From Candidatus Dormibacteria bacterium (GTDB lineage: Bacteria; Chloroflexota; Dormibacteria; Aeolococcales; Aeolococcaceae), in the NCBI GenBank assembly GCA_044450385.1, contig JBIOIZ010000003.1:10049-74048 (forward strand): a stretch of DNA of 64,000 nucleotides. Reading direction: 5' to 3'. A program made the translations under genes and the position numbers. The notes beneath the pieces are model-generated. The model was not told where the DNA came from and did no database searches. It saw only the letters and a program-made list of their open reading frames with translations. Position 1 is the stretch's first letter. Every line of letters starts with the position of its first letter. Positions 9,078-19,026 of the stretch are shown here, in pieces.

Positions 9078-9213
9078 GGAGCCTACGCCCTCGCAGCGAG
9101 AATTGCCGAGGCGCGGCCCACGAGGCTGAGGCGACGACAGGCAGTCGGAGCCACGGCCAATACGGGACGCACCTTGTCGCGATCCCATCTGAAGCTCGCG
9201 TACGCTTGCGCGC

Positions 9214-12200
9214 ATGAATTGCGCGGCCTGTGGAGCGGAGAACCGGGCGGGGCGGCGATTCTGCGGCCAGTGCGGCGCCGCCATGGCCCGACAGTGCCCG
9301 TCCTGCGGAGCCGCCAACGACGAGACCGAGCGTTTCTGCGGGGAATGCGGATCGCCCCTGGCCACCGCACCCCTTGCTGGTCCGGCTCAGGCAGCGCCCA
9401 GGCAGGAGATCCCACCTCCGACCGCGCAGGCGACGTCCGAGCGGCGTCATGTGAGCGTCCTGTTCGCCGACCTCGTCGGCTTCACGCCGCTCTCCGAACA
9501 TCGTGACGCCGAGGACGTTCGCGAGCTCCTGACCCAGTACTTCACCACCGCCCGAACCATCATCGGTCGCTACGGCGGAACGGTGGAGAAGTTCATCGGC
9601 GACGCGGTGATGGCCGTCTGGGGAACGGAGTCGATCCAGGAGAACGACGCCGAGCGTGCGGTGCGCGCCGCGCTCGACCTGGTCGATGCGGTGGCGGTAT
9701 TCGGTGACCACGTGGGTGCGCCGGGCCTGCGGGCACGAGCGGGCGTGCTCACCGGGGAGGCCGCCGTCACGCTGGGCGTCAGCGGCGAGGGGAGCGTCGC
9801 CGGCGACCTCGTCAACACCGCCTCGCGCGTGCAGTCGGTCGCGGAACCAGGAACCGTGTATGTCGGCGATGCGACCAGGCAGGCAAGCGAGGCAGCCATC
9901 ATCTATGAGTCCGTGGGAGCGCACCAGCTGAAGGGCAAGCCCGAGCCGGTGCACCTCTGGCGCGCCGACCGGGTGGTGGCGGCAACGGGCGGGGCGCTGC
10001 GGCCCACCGGGCTCGAACCGCCGTTCGTCGGCCGCGACCGAGAGCTGCGCCTGCTCAAGGAGTTGCTCCATGGCACGGGGGAAGAGCGCACCGCGCGATT
10101 GATGTCGATCGTCGGTGTGGCCGGCGTCGGCAAATCACGGCTGGCATGGGAGTTCTTCAAGTACCTTGACGGGGTTTCCGAGCCGATCTGGTGGCATCGC
10201 GGCCGCTGTCTCGCCTACGGAGAGGGCGTTGCGTACTGGGCGCTCAATGAGATGGTTCGCATGCGCGCGGGCATCATCGAGAACGAGCCACCTGAGAGCG
10301 CTCGCGCCAAGCTTCGCAAGACAGTCGAGGAGTTCGTGCCTGAGGCGGAAGAGCGGCGTTGGGTCGAGCCGCGGCTGGCGCACCTGGTCGGCCTCGAAGA
10401 AGGCCTGGCAACGGACCCGCGGGACCTGTATGCGGCCTGGCGTTTCTTCTTCGAACGTCTGGCGACGCAGTACCTGACTGTTCTGGTTTTTGAGGACCTG
10501 CAGTGGGCCGACACGGGATTGCTCGACTTCATCGAGTACTTGTTGGAGTGGTCGCGGTCGTCGCCGATCCTCGTGATCACGCTCGCGCGACCGGACCTCA
10601 GCGAACGCCGCCCGGGATGGGGAACCGGTAAACGGGGCCTCTCCTCCCTGTACCTCGATCCGCTGAACCCGGATGCGATGAGCCAGCTCCTCGAAGGTCT
10701 CGTCCCGGGGCTCCCGGCGGAGTTGAGCGCCCGGATCCGGGAGCGCGCCGCCGGGATTCCGCTGTATGCGGTTGAGACCGTGCGAATGCTGCTCGACCGC
10801 GGGCTTGTCGTGGAGGAGGGTGGCCGATTCCGAGCCATCGGTTCGCTCGACGCGCTCGAAGTCCCCGAGAGCCTGCACGCGTTGATTGCAGCGCGGCTGG
10901 ACAGCCTCGATCCGACGGAGCGTCAGCTGCTGCAGGATGCAGCCGTGCTCGGAAAGTCGTTCACAGCACACGCGATCACCGCCATCTCCGGCGTCGAGCC
11001 GGCTGAGGTCGCGCGCGTGCTCAGCAGTCTTGCCAACAAGGATATTCTCGCGATCCAGTCGGATCCGAGATCGCCGGAGCGAGGTCAATACGTCTTCGTG
11101 CAGGACCTCGTGCGGAGCGTTGCATACGGAACGCTCGCGCGGCGCGATCGCAAGCTGCGCCATGTTGCCGCCGCGACATATCTCGAGAGTTCCTGGTCCG
11201 AAGAGGAGGAGGTCGCGGAGGTCGTGGCATCGCATCTGGTCGAGGCGCACGCGGCCGACCCCGATGCCGACGACGCGGGAGAGATTCGAGATCGAGCGCG
11301 CGGTGCGCTCGTCCGAGCGGGAGACCATGCGGTGGCGCTTGCCGCGGCCGATTCGGCGCAGTCGTATTTCGAGCGAGCGCTGACGCTGGGCGGGGATAAG
11401 CAGTCACAGGCGGACCTCCACGCACGGGCGGGACTGGCTGCCCAACGACGAGCCCGTCCGACCGCAGCGAGGCAGCACTTCGAAAGCGCCTGCGCTCTCT
11501 ATGAAGGATTGGGTCAGACGGTTCCGACCGCGCGTTACCTTGCGCGCCTGGCTCGCGTCGACCACATGGAGGGGAAGGGCGCAACCGGAATCGAACGGCT
11601 TCGACGGGCCGTGGCGATGCTCGAACGACCCGTCGACGGTGATCAGGATCGGGAGGCCGCGCTCGCCTTGATCAGCGCGCAACTCGGATCGATGCTCTAC
11701 TTCAACGGCGACCTGGATGAAGCGCTTGCGATTGCTGAACGCGCGCTGCAGATCGCGGAGATGGTCGACGTTCCCAACGCATTCGTCACGGCGCTCAACA
11801 CGCGCGCCAATATCCTCGCTTCCCGTGGTAGGCGCGACGAAGCAGAACTGCTCCTCGACGGAGCACTGCGGTTCGCGAACAGCCGGAGCGTCGACACAGA
11901 TATCTTGCAAACCATTCAGGTGAACCTGGCATCAGTTCTGGAAGAGGGTGACCGGCTCGAGGCGTGCCTCGAGCACTACCAGCAGAGTGAGACGCTCGCC
12001 CAGAGGCTGGGTGATCGCGTCGGTGCGGTGTTCGCGCGACTGACACGCGCCAACGCCCTCCTCGAGCTCGGGCGGTGGGACGAATACGCTGCGATGTATC
12101 GCGATTATCTCGAGAATGACGCGCCTGAGATGACGGCGGACCTCACTCTCGCGAGCTTGCTCACCAGCGTCGTCTGGCTACAGCTTCGCCGCGGGGATGT

Positions 12201-12810
12201 GGACGCCGCGCGTTCCGTCGTCGCCGAGTCGGCCAATTACGTCCTGAGCGGGGTTGAGCAAAGCGGGTCCCTCGACGCCGCGCGGGCGGCACTGGCATCC
12301 GCCGAGGGGCGCTCGGTTGACGCGCTGACGTCGGCGGAAGGCGGTCTCCACTCCTGTCTCGACCAGTCGTTTCCTGTCGTAGTCTGCCTCAACCTCGTCG
12401 AGGCTGTCCATGCGGCATTTGCGCTCGGACGGGATGAAAAAGTCGAGGAACTGATTGACACCGTGCGTGCTCACTACCGGCCAGGACGCCAGCGGGCCAT
12501 CGACGCGCACATCCACCGCTGGCGCGCTGCGCTCGCCGCGCATCGCGGCGATGAGGCCGACGCTGCTGATCATTACACGCAGGCGGTGGAGGCGTTTGCA
12601 TCGCTGACCCGGCCTTTCTGGCTCGCGGTCACGCAACTCGAGTACGCCGAATTGCTGATCAACAACGACCACGACAGCGAAGCCGCCGAGTCGCTCATCA
12701 GTGCGCGATCCGGCTTCACCCGCCTCGGTGCAGCACCGTGGATCGAGCGCGTCGACGCTTCAGCGCGGAGGACCCGGGGCGGGATAGTCGAAGTGAGATC
12801 GGCCGTATGA
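9214..12810 (+). CDS. double zinc-ribbon / class III adenylate-guanylate cyclase / AAA (STAND-type) ATPase / TPR-like repeat protein
   Basis: 1198 aa. Two CxxC...CxxCG ribbons at the N-terminus. Cyclase motifs are FADLVGFT, EKFIGDAVMAVWG, GDLVNTASR. P-loop is GVAGVGKSRLAWEF and Walker B is LTVLVFEDLQWAD. Long helical-repeat C-terminus. Confidence 0.9.
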   Translation: MNCAACGAENRAGRRFCGQCGAAMARQCPSCGAANDETERFCGECGSPLATAPLAGPAQAAPRQEIPPPTAQATSERRHVSVLFADLVGFTPLSEHRDAEDVRELLTQYFTTARTIIGRYGGTVEKFIGDAVMAVWGTESIQENDAERAVRAALDLVDAVAVFGDHVGAPGLRARAGVLTGEAAVTLGVSGEGSVAGDLVNTASRVQSVAEPGTVYVGDATRQASEAAIIYESVGAHQLKGKPEPVHLWRADRVVAATGGALRPTGLEPPFVGRDRELRLLKELLHGTGEERTARLMSIVGVAGVGKSRLAWEFFKYLDGVSEPIWWHRGRCLAYGEGVAYWALNEMVRMRAGIIENEPPESARAKLRKTVEEFVPEAEERRWVEPRLAHLVGLEEGLATDPRDLYAAWRFFFERLATQYLTVLVFEDLQWADTGLLDFIEYLLEWSRSSPILVITLARPDLSERRPGWGTGKRGLSSLYLDPLNPDAMSQLLEGLVPGLPAELSARIRERAAGIPLYAVETVRMLLDRGLVVEEGGRFRAIGSLDALEVPESLHALIAARLDSLDPTERQLLQDAAVLGKSFTAHAITAISGVEPAEVARVLSSLANKDILAIQSDPRSPERGQYVFVQDLVRSVAYGTLARRDRKLRHVAAATYLESSWSEEEEVAEVVASHLVEAHAADPDADDAGEIRDRARGALVRAGDHAVALAAADSAQSYFERALTLGGDKQSQADLHARAGLAAQRRARPTAARQHFESACALYEGLGQTVPTARYLARLARVDHMEGKGATGIERLRRAVAMLERPVDGDQDREAALALISAQLGSMLYFNGDLDEALAIAERALQIAEMVDVPNAFVTALNTRANILASRGRRDEAELLLDGALRFANSRSVDTDILQTIQVNLASVLEEGDRLEACLEHYQQSETLAQRLGDRVGAVFARLTRANALLELGRWDEYAAMYRDYLENDAPEMTADLTLASLLTSVVWLQLRRGDVDAARSVVAESANYVLSGVEQSGSLDAARAALASAEGRSVDALTSAEGGLHSCLDQSFPVVVCLNLVEAVHAAFALGRDEKVEELIDTVRAHYRPGRQRAIDAHIHRWRAALAAHRGDEADAADHYTQAVEAFASLTRPFWLAVTQLEYAELLINNDHDSEAAESLISARSGFTRLGAAPWIERVDASARRTRGGIVEVRSAV

Positions 12811-15800
12811 CGTGCGCCGCCTGCGGCACCGAGAATCGCACCGGGGCTCGCTTCTGCGTCCAGTGCGGAGCGATGCTGTCGCGCGCCTGCGCCGCATGCG
12901 GAGCCGCGTACAACGAGGGCGAGCGGTTCTGCGCGTCGTGCGGCGCCCCGCTGTCCGCTGAGTCCGCAGCGCCGAAGCCCTTCGTTGCATCAACTCGACC
13001 CGAGCCATCGTCGCGCCTCTCGGAACGCCGGCATGTCACGGTGCTCTTTGCGGATCTGGTCGGCTTCACACCGCTCTCGCAGCAGCGCGACGCGGAGGAT
13101 GTCCGCGACCTTCTCAGCCGCTATTTCGACACTGCGCGCACCATCATCGCGCGGTATGGCGGGACAGTCGAGAAGTTCATCGGCGACGCGGTGATGGCGG
13201 TGTGGGGGGTTCCCGCGGTCCTGGAAAACGACGCCGAGCGCGCGGTCCGCGCGGCGCTCGAGTTGGTCGACGCCGTCGCCGCCTTCAGTGAAGAGGTCGG
13301 AGCGCCAGGGTTGCGAGCTCGCGCCGGACTGCTGACGGGTGAGGTCGCCGTGAATCTCGGGATCACTGGCGATGGCATGGTCGCGGGGGATCTCGTCAAT
13401 ACGGCTTCACGCGTCCAGACCGTGGCCGAGCCGGGAACTGTCTACGTCGGCGACGCGACCCGCCGCGCAACCGAGGCAGCGATCGTCTACGACGACGCGG
13501 GGATGCACGAGCTCAAGGGCAAGCCCGAGCCGGAGCGCCTGTGGCGCGCGCGCCACGTTGTCGCCGCGGCGGGCGGTGCACTGCGCCCGACCGGTCTGGA
13601 GCCACCGTTCGTCGGCCGAGATCGCGAGCTGCGACTGCTGAAGGAATCGCTGCATGCGACGGGGGAGGAGAAGACGGCACGCCTGCTGTCCATCGTCGGC
13701 CTCGCGGGCATCGGCAAGTCCCGTCTCGCCTGGGAATTCTTCAAGTACATCGACGGCGTCACGGAGACGATCTGGTGGCATCGTGGCCGCTGCCTCGCAT
13801 ACGGCGAAGGCGTTGCGTACTGGGCGTTGAATGAGATGGTGCGCATGCGCGCCGGCATCGTCGAGAACGAATCACCGGAGACGGCGCGAGAGAAATTGCG
13901 GCGGACGGTGGAGGAATTCGTCGAGTCGGGCGAGGAGCGTCGATGGGTGGAGCCGCGCCTTGCCCACCTGGTCGGTCTCGAGGAGCGCGCCGCCGCCGAT
14001 CCGCGCGATCTCTACGCCGCCTGGCGGTTCTTCTTCGAGCGACTCGCGGCGCAGCAGCTCACGGTGCTCGTGTTCGAGGATCTGCAGTGGGCCGACGCGG
14101 GACTGCTCGATTTCATCGAGTATCTCCTCGAGTGGTCGCGCAATTCGCCGATCATGGTGCTGACCCTTGCGCGTCCCGAGCTCGCGGAGCGTCGCGCCGG
14201 GTGGGGCACGGGTAAGCGCGGGCTCACGGCGCTCTACCTCGACCCGCTCTCGCCCGAGGCGATGTCGCAGCTTCTTGCGGGGATGGTGCCGGGGCTGCCA
14301 AACGAACTCAGCGCCCGCATTCTCGAGCGCGCAGCGGGAGTGCCCCTCTATGCAGTCGAAACGGTGCGGATGCTGCTCGATCGCGGCCTGCTCGTGGAGA
14401 AGGACGGTGCATACCACGTGGAGGGCTCGTTGGCGTCACTCGAGGTCCCCGAGACGCTCCACGCGCTCATCGCCGCGCGCCTCGACAGCATTGGTAGCGC
14501 TGAGCGACAGCTCCTGCAGGACGCAGCTGTCGTCGGCAAGTCCTTCACCGCCGCAGGGCTTCGGGCAATCACGACTCTGCCGGCCGACACCGTCGAGCAA
14601 TGTCTTGCGAGCCTGGTCAACAAGGACCTGCTGTCGATCCAGTCGGATCCGCGGTCGCCCGAACGTGGCCAGTACGTGTTCGTGCAGGATCTGGTCAGAA
14701 GCGTGGCGTATGGCACCCTCGCGCGACGCGATCGCAAGGCGCGCCACCTGGCTGTCGCCGCATACCTCGAGAGCTCATGGAGTGACGAGGAGGAAGTGGC
14801 CGAAGTCGTTGCGTCACACCTTGTCGAGGCGTATGAAGCAGACACTGACGCTGCCGACGCCGAGGGGCTCCGTGATCGAGCCCGCGACGCCCTGGTTCGC
14901 GCGGGCGATCACGCGGCGTCACTCGGAGCGGGCGAGTCGGCGCAGCATTATTTCGAGAGCGCGCTGCACCTCGCGGTCCCAGCGGACCGCGCCGGCTTGC
15001 TCGTGCGAGCAGGCGAGATGGCGTGGCTCCAGGTGAACGCCGACGCTGCGCGGAAGCACCTCGAGGAGGCGGTCGCGCTGCACATGGCAGCGGGCCAGAT
15101 CGGAGCGGCGGCTCGTGTATCTGTGACGCTGGCGGCGATCGACGCGCATGAGATGAAAGTGGGGAACGCCGCTGACCGCATGGAGCGTGCCTTCGCCACA
15201 CTCCGGGAAGCGGAAGCGACCGCACCGGACTACGAAACCGATCTCAGCGTCGTTGCAGCAGAGGTTGGTCGGAGGCTGTTCCTCGCGGGTCGAAACCAGG
15301 GCGTTGCGATCGAGCGCCTCGAACTCGCACTTGGGATCGCCGAGCGTAACGGCGATTCACGGGTCTTCTGCGAGGCGATCAACACCAAGGGGCTCATCCT
15401 TGGCGAGCGAGGTCGCCGTCAGGAAGGCCGCGCCCTGCTCACCGCGGCGCTCGACCACGCGGTCGCCGCCGACCTTCACGATGCGGCGCTGCGCGCGTAC
15501 AACAACCTCGCCGCCGACACGCAGGGATCCGATCCAGTGCGAGCTTCGGCATACGTGCAGGCCGGGACCGCCCTCGCGAGGTTGATGGGCAGGCGCCGCG
15601 AGGAGGTGATGTTCGTCGCCGGCGAAATGTGCGTGCTCATCGATCTCGGCCGGTGGGACGCAGCGATCCAGGGGCTGACTGACCTCCTTGGAACCGACGA
15701 GCAGTGGATCTCGGAGTCGGACCTTGCCAACGAGCTCGTCGTGGTCGGGTGGGTGTATCTCTGGCGTGGTCAGATCAGCGAGGCACGGAGCATTATCGAG

Positions 15801-16391
15801 CGACTCGATGAGGTCTACAGGCGCTCCGCACCTGACACGCAACTCATCTATGACGCAGTCCGGGCAGGGATCCTGCGTGCGCAGGGTCGCAACGGTGAGG
15901 CGGTCACGCTTCTCGCAGACGCGAACACGAGGGGGAGCGACTCGCTGGACTACCTCGGCCTCAGCCGGTGGGTACTCATCGAGAGCGTGGAGGCAGCGTT
16001 CGCTGCGGGCGACCTGCACTCTGTCCGACGGCAGCTCGATCTCGCCGCCACGCGCCTCTCGCCGGTCGTCGCTCCGATCGTCCACGCACAGATCCAGCGA
16101 TTCCACGCGCGCGTCGCGGCGGTCGAGTACCGGAACGACGATGTTGTCCCCAATTATCAAGCCGCGATCGAAACGTTCCAGCAGCGACAGATGCCATTCT
16201 GGCTCGCGGTGACTCGCCTGGAGCTCGCCGAGTGGTTGATGCAGCACGGGAAAGCTGCCGATGCCGACGGGATGCTGGCCGAGGCGCGAGCGACGTTCGC
16301 CGAACTGCGCGCGGCGCCCTGGATCGAGCGCGCTGACGCTGCCGCCGGAGGCGCGGCCGCCTCAAAAGAACAGACAGCGCTCCCCGCCTGA
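12807..16391 (+). CDS. double zinc-ribbon / class III cyclase / AAA (STAND-type) ATPase / TPR-like repeat protein (paralogue of the upstream gene)
   Basis: ATG 12807 overlaps the upstream stop (ATGA). Product MTCAACGTENRTGARFCVQCG... has the same motif set (FADLVGFT, EKFIGDAVMAVWG, GDLVNTASR, GLAGIGKSRLAWEF). Near-identical to the paralogue through about 700 aa, then divergent. Confidence 0.9.
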   Translation: MTCAACGTENRTGARFCVQCGAMLSRACAACGAAYNEGERFCASCGAPLSAESAAPKPFVASTRPEPSSRLSERRHVTVLFADLVGFTPLSQQRDAEDVRDLLSRYFDTARTIIARYGGTVEKFIGDAVMAVWGVPAVLENDAERAVRAALELVDAVAAFSEEVGAPGLRARAGLLTGEVAVNLGITGDGMVAGDLVNTASRVQTVAEPGTVYVGDATRRATEAAIVYDDAGMHELKGKPEPERLWRARHVVAAAGGALRPTGLEPPFVGRDRELRLLKESLHATGEEKTARLLSIVGLAGIGKSRLAWEFFKYIDGVTETIWWHRGRCLAYGEGVAYWALNEMVRMRAGIVENESPETAREKLRRTVEEFVESGEERRWVEPRLAHLVGLEERAAADPRDLYAAWRFFFERLAAQQLTVLVFEDLQWADAGLLDFIEYLLEWSRNSPIMVLTLARPELAERRAGWGTGKRGLTALYLDPLSPEAMSQLLAGMVPGLPNELSARILERAAGVPLYAVETVRMLLDRGLLVEKDGAYHVEGSLASLEVPETLHALIAARLDSIGSAERQLLQDAAVVGKSFTAAGLRAITTLPADTVEQCLASLVNKDLLSIQSDPRSPERGQYVFVQDLVRSVAYGTLARRDRKARHLAVAAYLESSWSDEEEVAEVVASHLVEAYEADTDAADAEGLRDRARDALVRAGDHAASLGAGESAQHYFESALHLAVPADRAGLLVRAGEMAWLQVNADAARKHLEEAVALHMAAGQIGAAARVSVTLAAIDAHEMKVGNAADRMERAFATLREAEATAPDYETDLSVVAAEVGRRLFLAGRNQGVAIERLELALGIAERNGDSRVFCEAINTKGLILGERGRRQEGRALLTAALDHAVAADLHDAALRAYNNLAADTQGSDPVRASAYVQAGTALARLMGRRREEVMFVAGEMCVLIDLGRWDAAIQGLTDLLGTDEQWISESDLANELVVVGWVYLWRGQISEARSIIERLDEVYRRSAPDTQLIYDAVRAGILRAQGRNGEAVTLLADANTRGSDSLDYLGLSRWVLIESVEAAFAAGDLHSVRRQLDLAATRLSPVVAPIVHAQIQRFHARVAAVEYRNDDVVPNYQAAIETFQQRQMPFWLAVTRLELAEWLMQHGKAADADGMLAEARATFAELRAAPWIERADAAAGGAAASKEQTALPA

Positions 16392-16396
16392 CGGCT

Positions 16397-18184
16397 GTGA
16401 CCGATTCGGTAGTCGTCACGGACCAGGCTGAGGCGCCGAAGGCGAAGGTCGGCTATCGCGCCCTCTTCCGCAATCGAGACTATCGCTTCCTGTACTCCGG
16501 GCTCGCGATCTCGATGAGCGGTTCGTGGGCATACAACGTCGCCCTGGTGGTGTTCGTCTTCAACGCGACGCATTCGCCCGCCTGGGTGGCCGCGGCGTCG
16601 ATGACGCGGTTTCTCTGCGCGCTGGTTGCCAGTCCGTTCGGCGGATTGATCGCCGACCGGATCGAGCGCATGCGGTTGATGGTCACGCTCGACTCCATCT
16701 CGACAATGCTCCAGGCCGCGCTCGCCGTCGTCGCAGCGCTGAACGGGCCGGTCATCATCGCGATCGTTCTCGCGGCCCTGACGTCGGTCACCGGCTCTTC
16801 CTACGACCCTGCAGCCCGGGCTGCAACGCCGGTCATCGTTGGCGAGGAGTACCTGGCGGCTGCCAACAGCGCGCAGTCGGCCGTGGAAAACCTCTCGGTG
16901 ATCGTCGGTCCCGCGCTTGCAGGCGTGTTGCTCCTGTTCACCCCGCCGGCCGCCGTCTTCGGGATCAACGCCGCCTCCTTCGCCTTGTCGGCCCTTTTGG
17001 TTTCTCGCATACGTGTCAAGAGCCGCCCCGCCGACATCACCGAGGGCGGCACCGTCAGTCCGCTCAAGCAGATGGCGGGTGGTATCGCCGCATTCTTCGA
17101 TTCCCCGACCGTGATGCTGCTCGCCGGATTCAGCATCCTCGCGAGTTTCGTCTACGGCACCGACACCGTCCTGTTCGTCGTGATCAGCCGGGACCAGCTC
17201 GGCACCGGGAGCGTCGGGTACGGCTACCTGCTGGCGGCTCTCGGCGTTGGCGGCATCCTGATCGCCGGCTTCATGAACCGCATCGCGGCCGCGCGGCGAC
17301 TCGGAGCGATCATCGTCGCCGGCATGGCAGTGTACTGCCTGCCCACCGCATTGCTGACGATCGTGCATGCACCGTGGATCGCCTTTCTCCTTGAGGTCGC
17401 CCGCGGCGCGGGGACCATCGTCGTCGACGTCCTTGCAATCACCGCGTTGCAGCGCCTCGTCAAGCCCGATGTGGTCGCGCGCGTCTTCGGCGTGTTCTTC
17501 GCACTCGTCCTCGCGGCGATCGCGCTCGGCGCCCTGCTCATGCCGATCCTGCTCGGAACGGTGGGGTTGACCACGACGCTGCTGATCATGGGATTCGCGA
17601 TACCGGCACTCACCGCAGCGTCGTACCCCTGGCTCCGAACTCTCGACACCCGGGCGCTCGGAGAGCTGTCCGCGATCGAGCCGATCGTCGCCAGGCTCCA
17701 GGCCCTCGACATCTTTGCCGGCGCCACCCGCGCCGCGTTGGAGAACATCGCCCGGTCAGCGGTGGAGGAGTCCATTCCACCCGGGAGCGTCCTCATTCGC
17801 GAGGGCGCCGACGCGGATGACTTCTTCGTGCTGACGTCGGGCGAGGTGGGGGTGACCGCGGCCGGTGAATCCGGTGTGGAACGATCCCTGGGCAAGCTCG
17901 AGCCGCCGAATTACTTCGGCGAGATCGGTCTTCTGGAGCACCGGCCGAGGACAGCCACTGTGACGACGATCACGCCGTGCACGATCCTGCGTATCAACGG
18001 CACCACGTTCGTGGATGCCCTGACGCTCGCTCCGCTGTCGCCCAGCGCCCTCGGCGGCGTGCAGATGCGACTCGCCCGCACGCATCCGTCAGTGAAGATG
18101 ACCTTTGGACAGAACGGCGAGCCGCAAGGATCTGATGTGCCGTCCGGGGAACGTGAGGGCGCTGACTCGCCGTCCGGTCGCTGA
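16397..18184 (+). CDS. MFS transporter fused to a C-terminal cyclic-nucleotide-binding domain
   Basis: 595 aa with a GTG start 5 nt after the cyclase stop. About 12 TM helices with an MFS-like pattern. The C-terminal roughly 130 aa have a cNMP-binding beta-roll with phosphate-binding cassette FGEIGLLEHRPRTATV. Confidence 0.85.
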   Translation: MTDSVVVTDQAEAPKAKVGYRALFRNRDYRFLYSGLAISMSGSWAYNVALVVFVFNATHSPAWVAAASMTRFLCALVASPFGGLIADRIERMRLMVTLDSISTMLQAALAVVAALNGPVIIAIVLAALTSVTGSSYDPAARAATPVIVGEEYLAAANSAQSAVENLSVIVGPALAGVLLLFTPPAAVFGINAASFALSALLVSRIRVKSRPADITEGGTVSPLKQMAGGIAAFFDSPTVMLLAGFSILASFVYGTDTVLFVVISRDQLGTGSVGYGYLLAALGVGGILIAGFMNRIAAARRLGAIIVAGMAVYCLPTALLTIVHAPWIAFLLEVARGAGTIVVDVLAITALQRLVKPDVVARVFGVFFALVLAAIALGALLMPILLGTVGLTTTLLIMGFAIPALTAASYPWLRTLDTRALGELSAIEPIVARLQALDIFAGATRAALENIARSAVEESIPPGSVLIREGADADDFFVLTSGEVGVTAAGESGVERSLGKLEPPNYFGEIGLLEHRPRTATVTTITPCTILRINGTTFVDALTLAPLSPSALGGVQMRLARTHPSVKMTFGQNGEPQGSDVPSGEREGADSPSGR

Positions 18185-18219
18185 GCTCGAGGGCACGTCG
18201 CGCTGCCTCGGCGTGAGCG

Positions 18220-19026
18220 TTACTCAGCGTTGCTCGCGACCGCCATGAGCACCGTCTTCATCTGGAACGGCGTCAAGCCGGGGTGTTTCCCAAGGATGCG
18301 CGCGGTCAGTCCCGAGACGTGCGGGGCCGCAAAGCTGTTCCCGGTCGCCCGGATCGTCTTCCCGCCCAGCCATGCCACCTCGAGGTCGATGCCCGGGGCT
18401 CCGAACTCGACGGGTGGCGCCGGATTGTAGTCGAGGCGGAAGGGATCTCGACCGCTGTGCGCAGCGACGGAGAACACCGACGCGTACTGCGACGGATAGC
18501 TTGGCGCGCGCACGTTGTTCACCGCGCACACCACCATTGCGCTCTTGAAGTACGCGGCGTCGGTAATCTCGTGGAAGAGGCCGTAGTAATCGATGCGCGA
18601 GGTGCTGAGACTCATGTTGAGCACATGCATGCCATTGGCGAGCGCCCAGCGCATGCCCTCCGCGAAGACGGCACCGCGTCCAGTCAGCTTCTCGCCGAGC
18701 ACGCGCACGCTGTACAGCTCAGCCTCTGGAGCGACCGCGCGAATGATCGCGGCGCACGCGGTGCCGTGTCCAAACAGATCCTTGTGCGGGCCTTCGATGA
18801 CTCGTGCTCCGCGAGGAGCGGTCGGGTCCGCGAGGATGACCGCGCCGCCCGCCACCGATCGCACGCCCGGATGCGACGCGTCGATGCCACTGTCAATCAC
18901 CGCCACCCTGACGCCGGCACCGGTACTGTCGCCCCACGCCCAGTCACGCGTGATCGCTCCGGGGAGCGAGGTGTCGACGTGCTGCAGCGTGCCCGGCTCG
19001 AACTGCCACGCCCAAGCCGGCTTCAT
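18220..19026 (-). CDS. S8 (subtilisin) family serine peptidase, minimal form without signal peptide or propeptide
   Basis: Catalytic triad motifs VAVIDSGID (Asp), HGTACAAII (His), GNSFAAPHVSG (Ser). Only 268 aa. Confidence 0.85.
   Translation of the reverse strand: MKPAWAWQFEPGTLQHVDTSLPGAITRDWAWGDSTGAGVRVAVIDSGIDASHPGVRSVAGGAVILADPTAPRGARVIEGPHKDLFGHGTACAAIIRAVAPEAELYSVRVLGEKLTGRGAVFAEGMRWALANGMHVLNMSLSTSRIDYYGLFHEITDAAYFKSAMVVCAVNNVRAPSYPSQYASVFSVAAHSGRDPFRLDYNPAPPVEFGAPGIDLEVAWLGGKTIRATGNSFAAPHVSGLTARILGKHPGLTPFQMKTVLMAVASNAE

Noticed and set aside
9214-18184. Calling the cyclase + cNMP-domain membrane protein a bona fide Pycsar antiphage system.
   Set aside because: Pycsar cyclases are small stand-alone enzymes, and the effectors are short TM or TIR proteins. 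Here the cyclases are 1200-aa STAND/TPR proteins with a purine-type Lys, and the partner is a full 12-TM MFS. The analogy is kept only as speculation within a finding.
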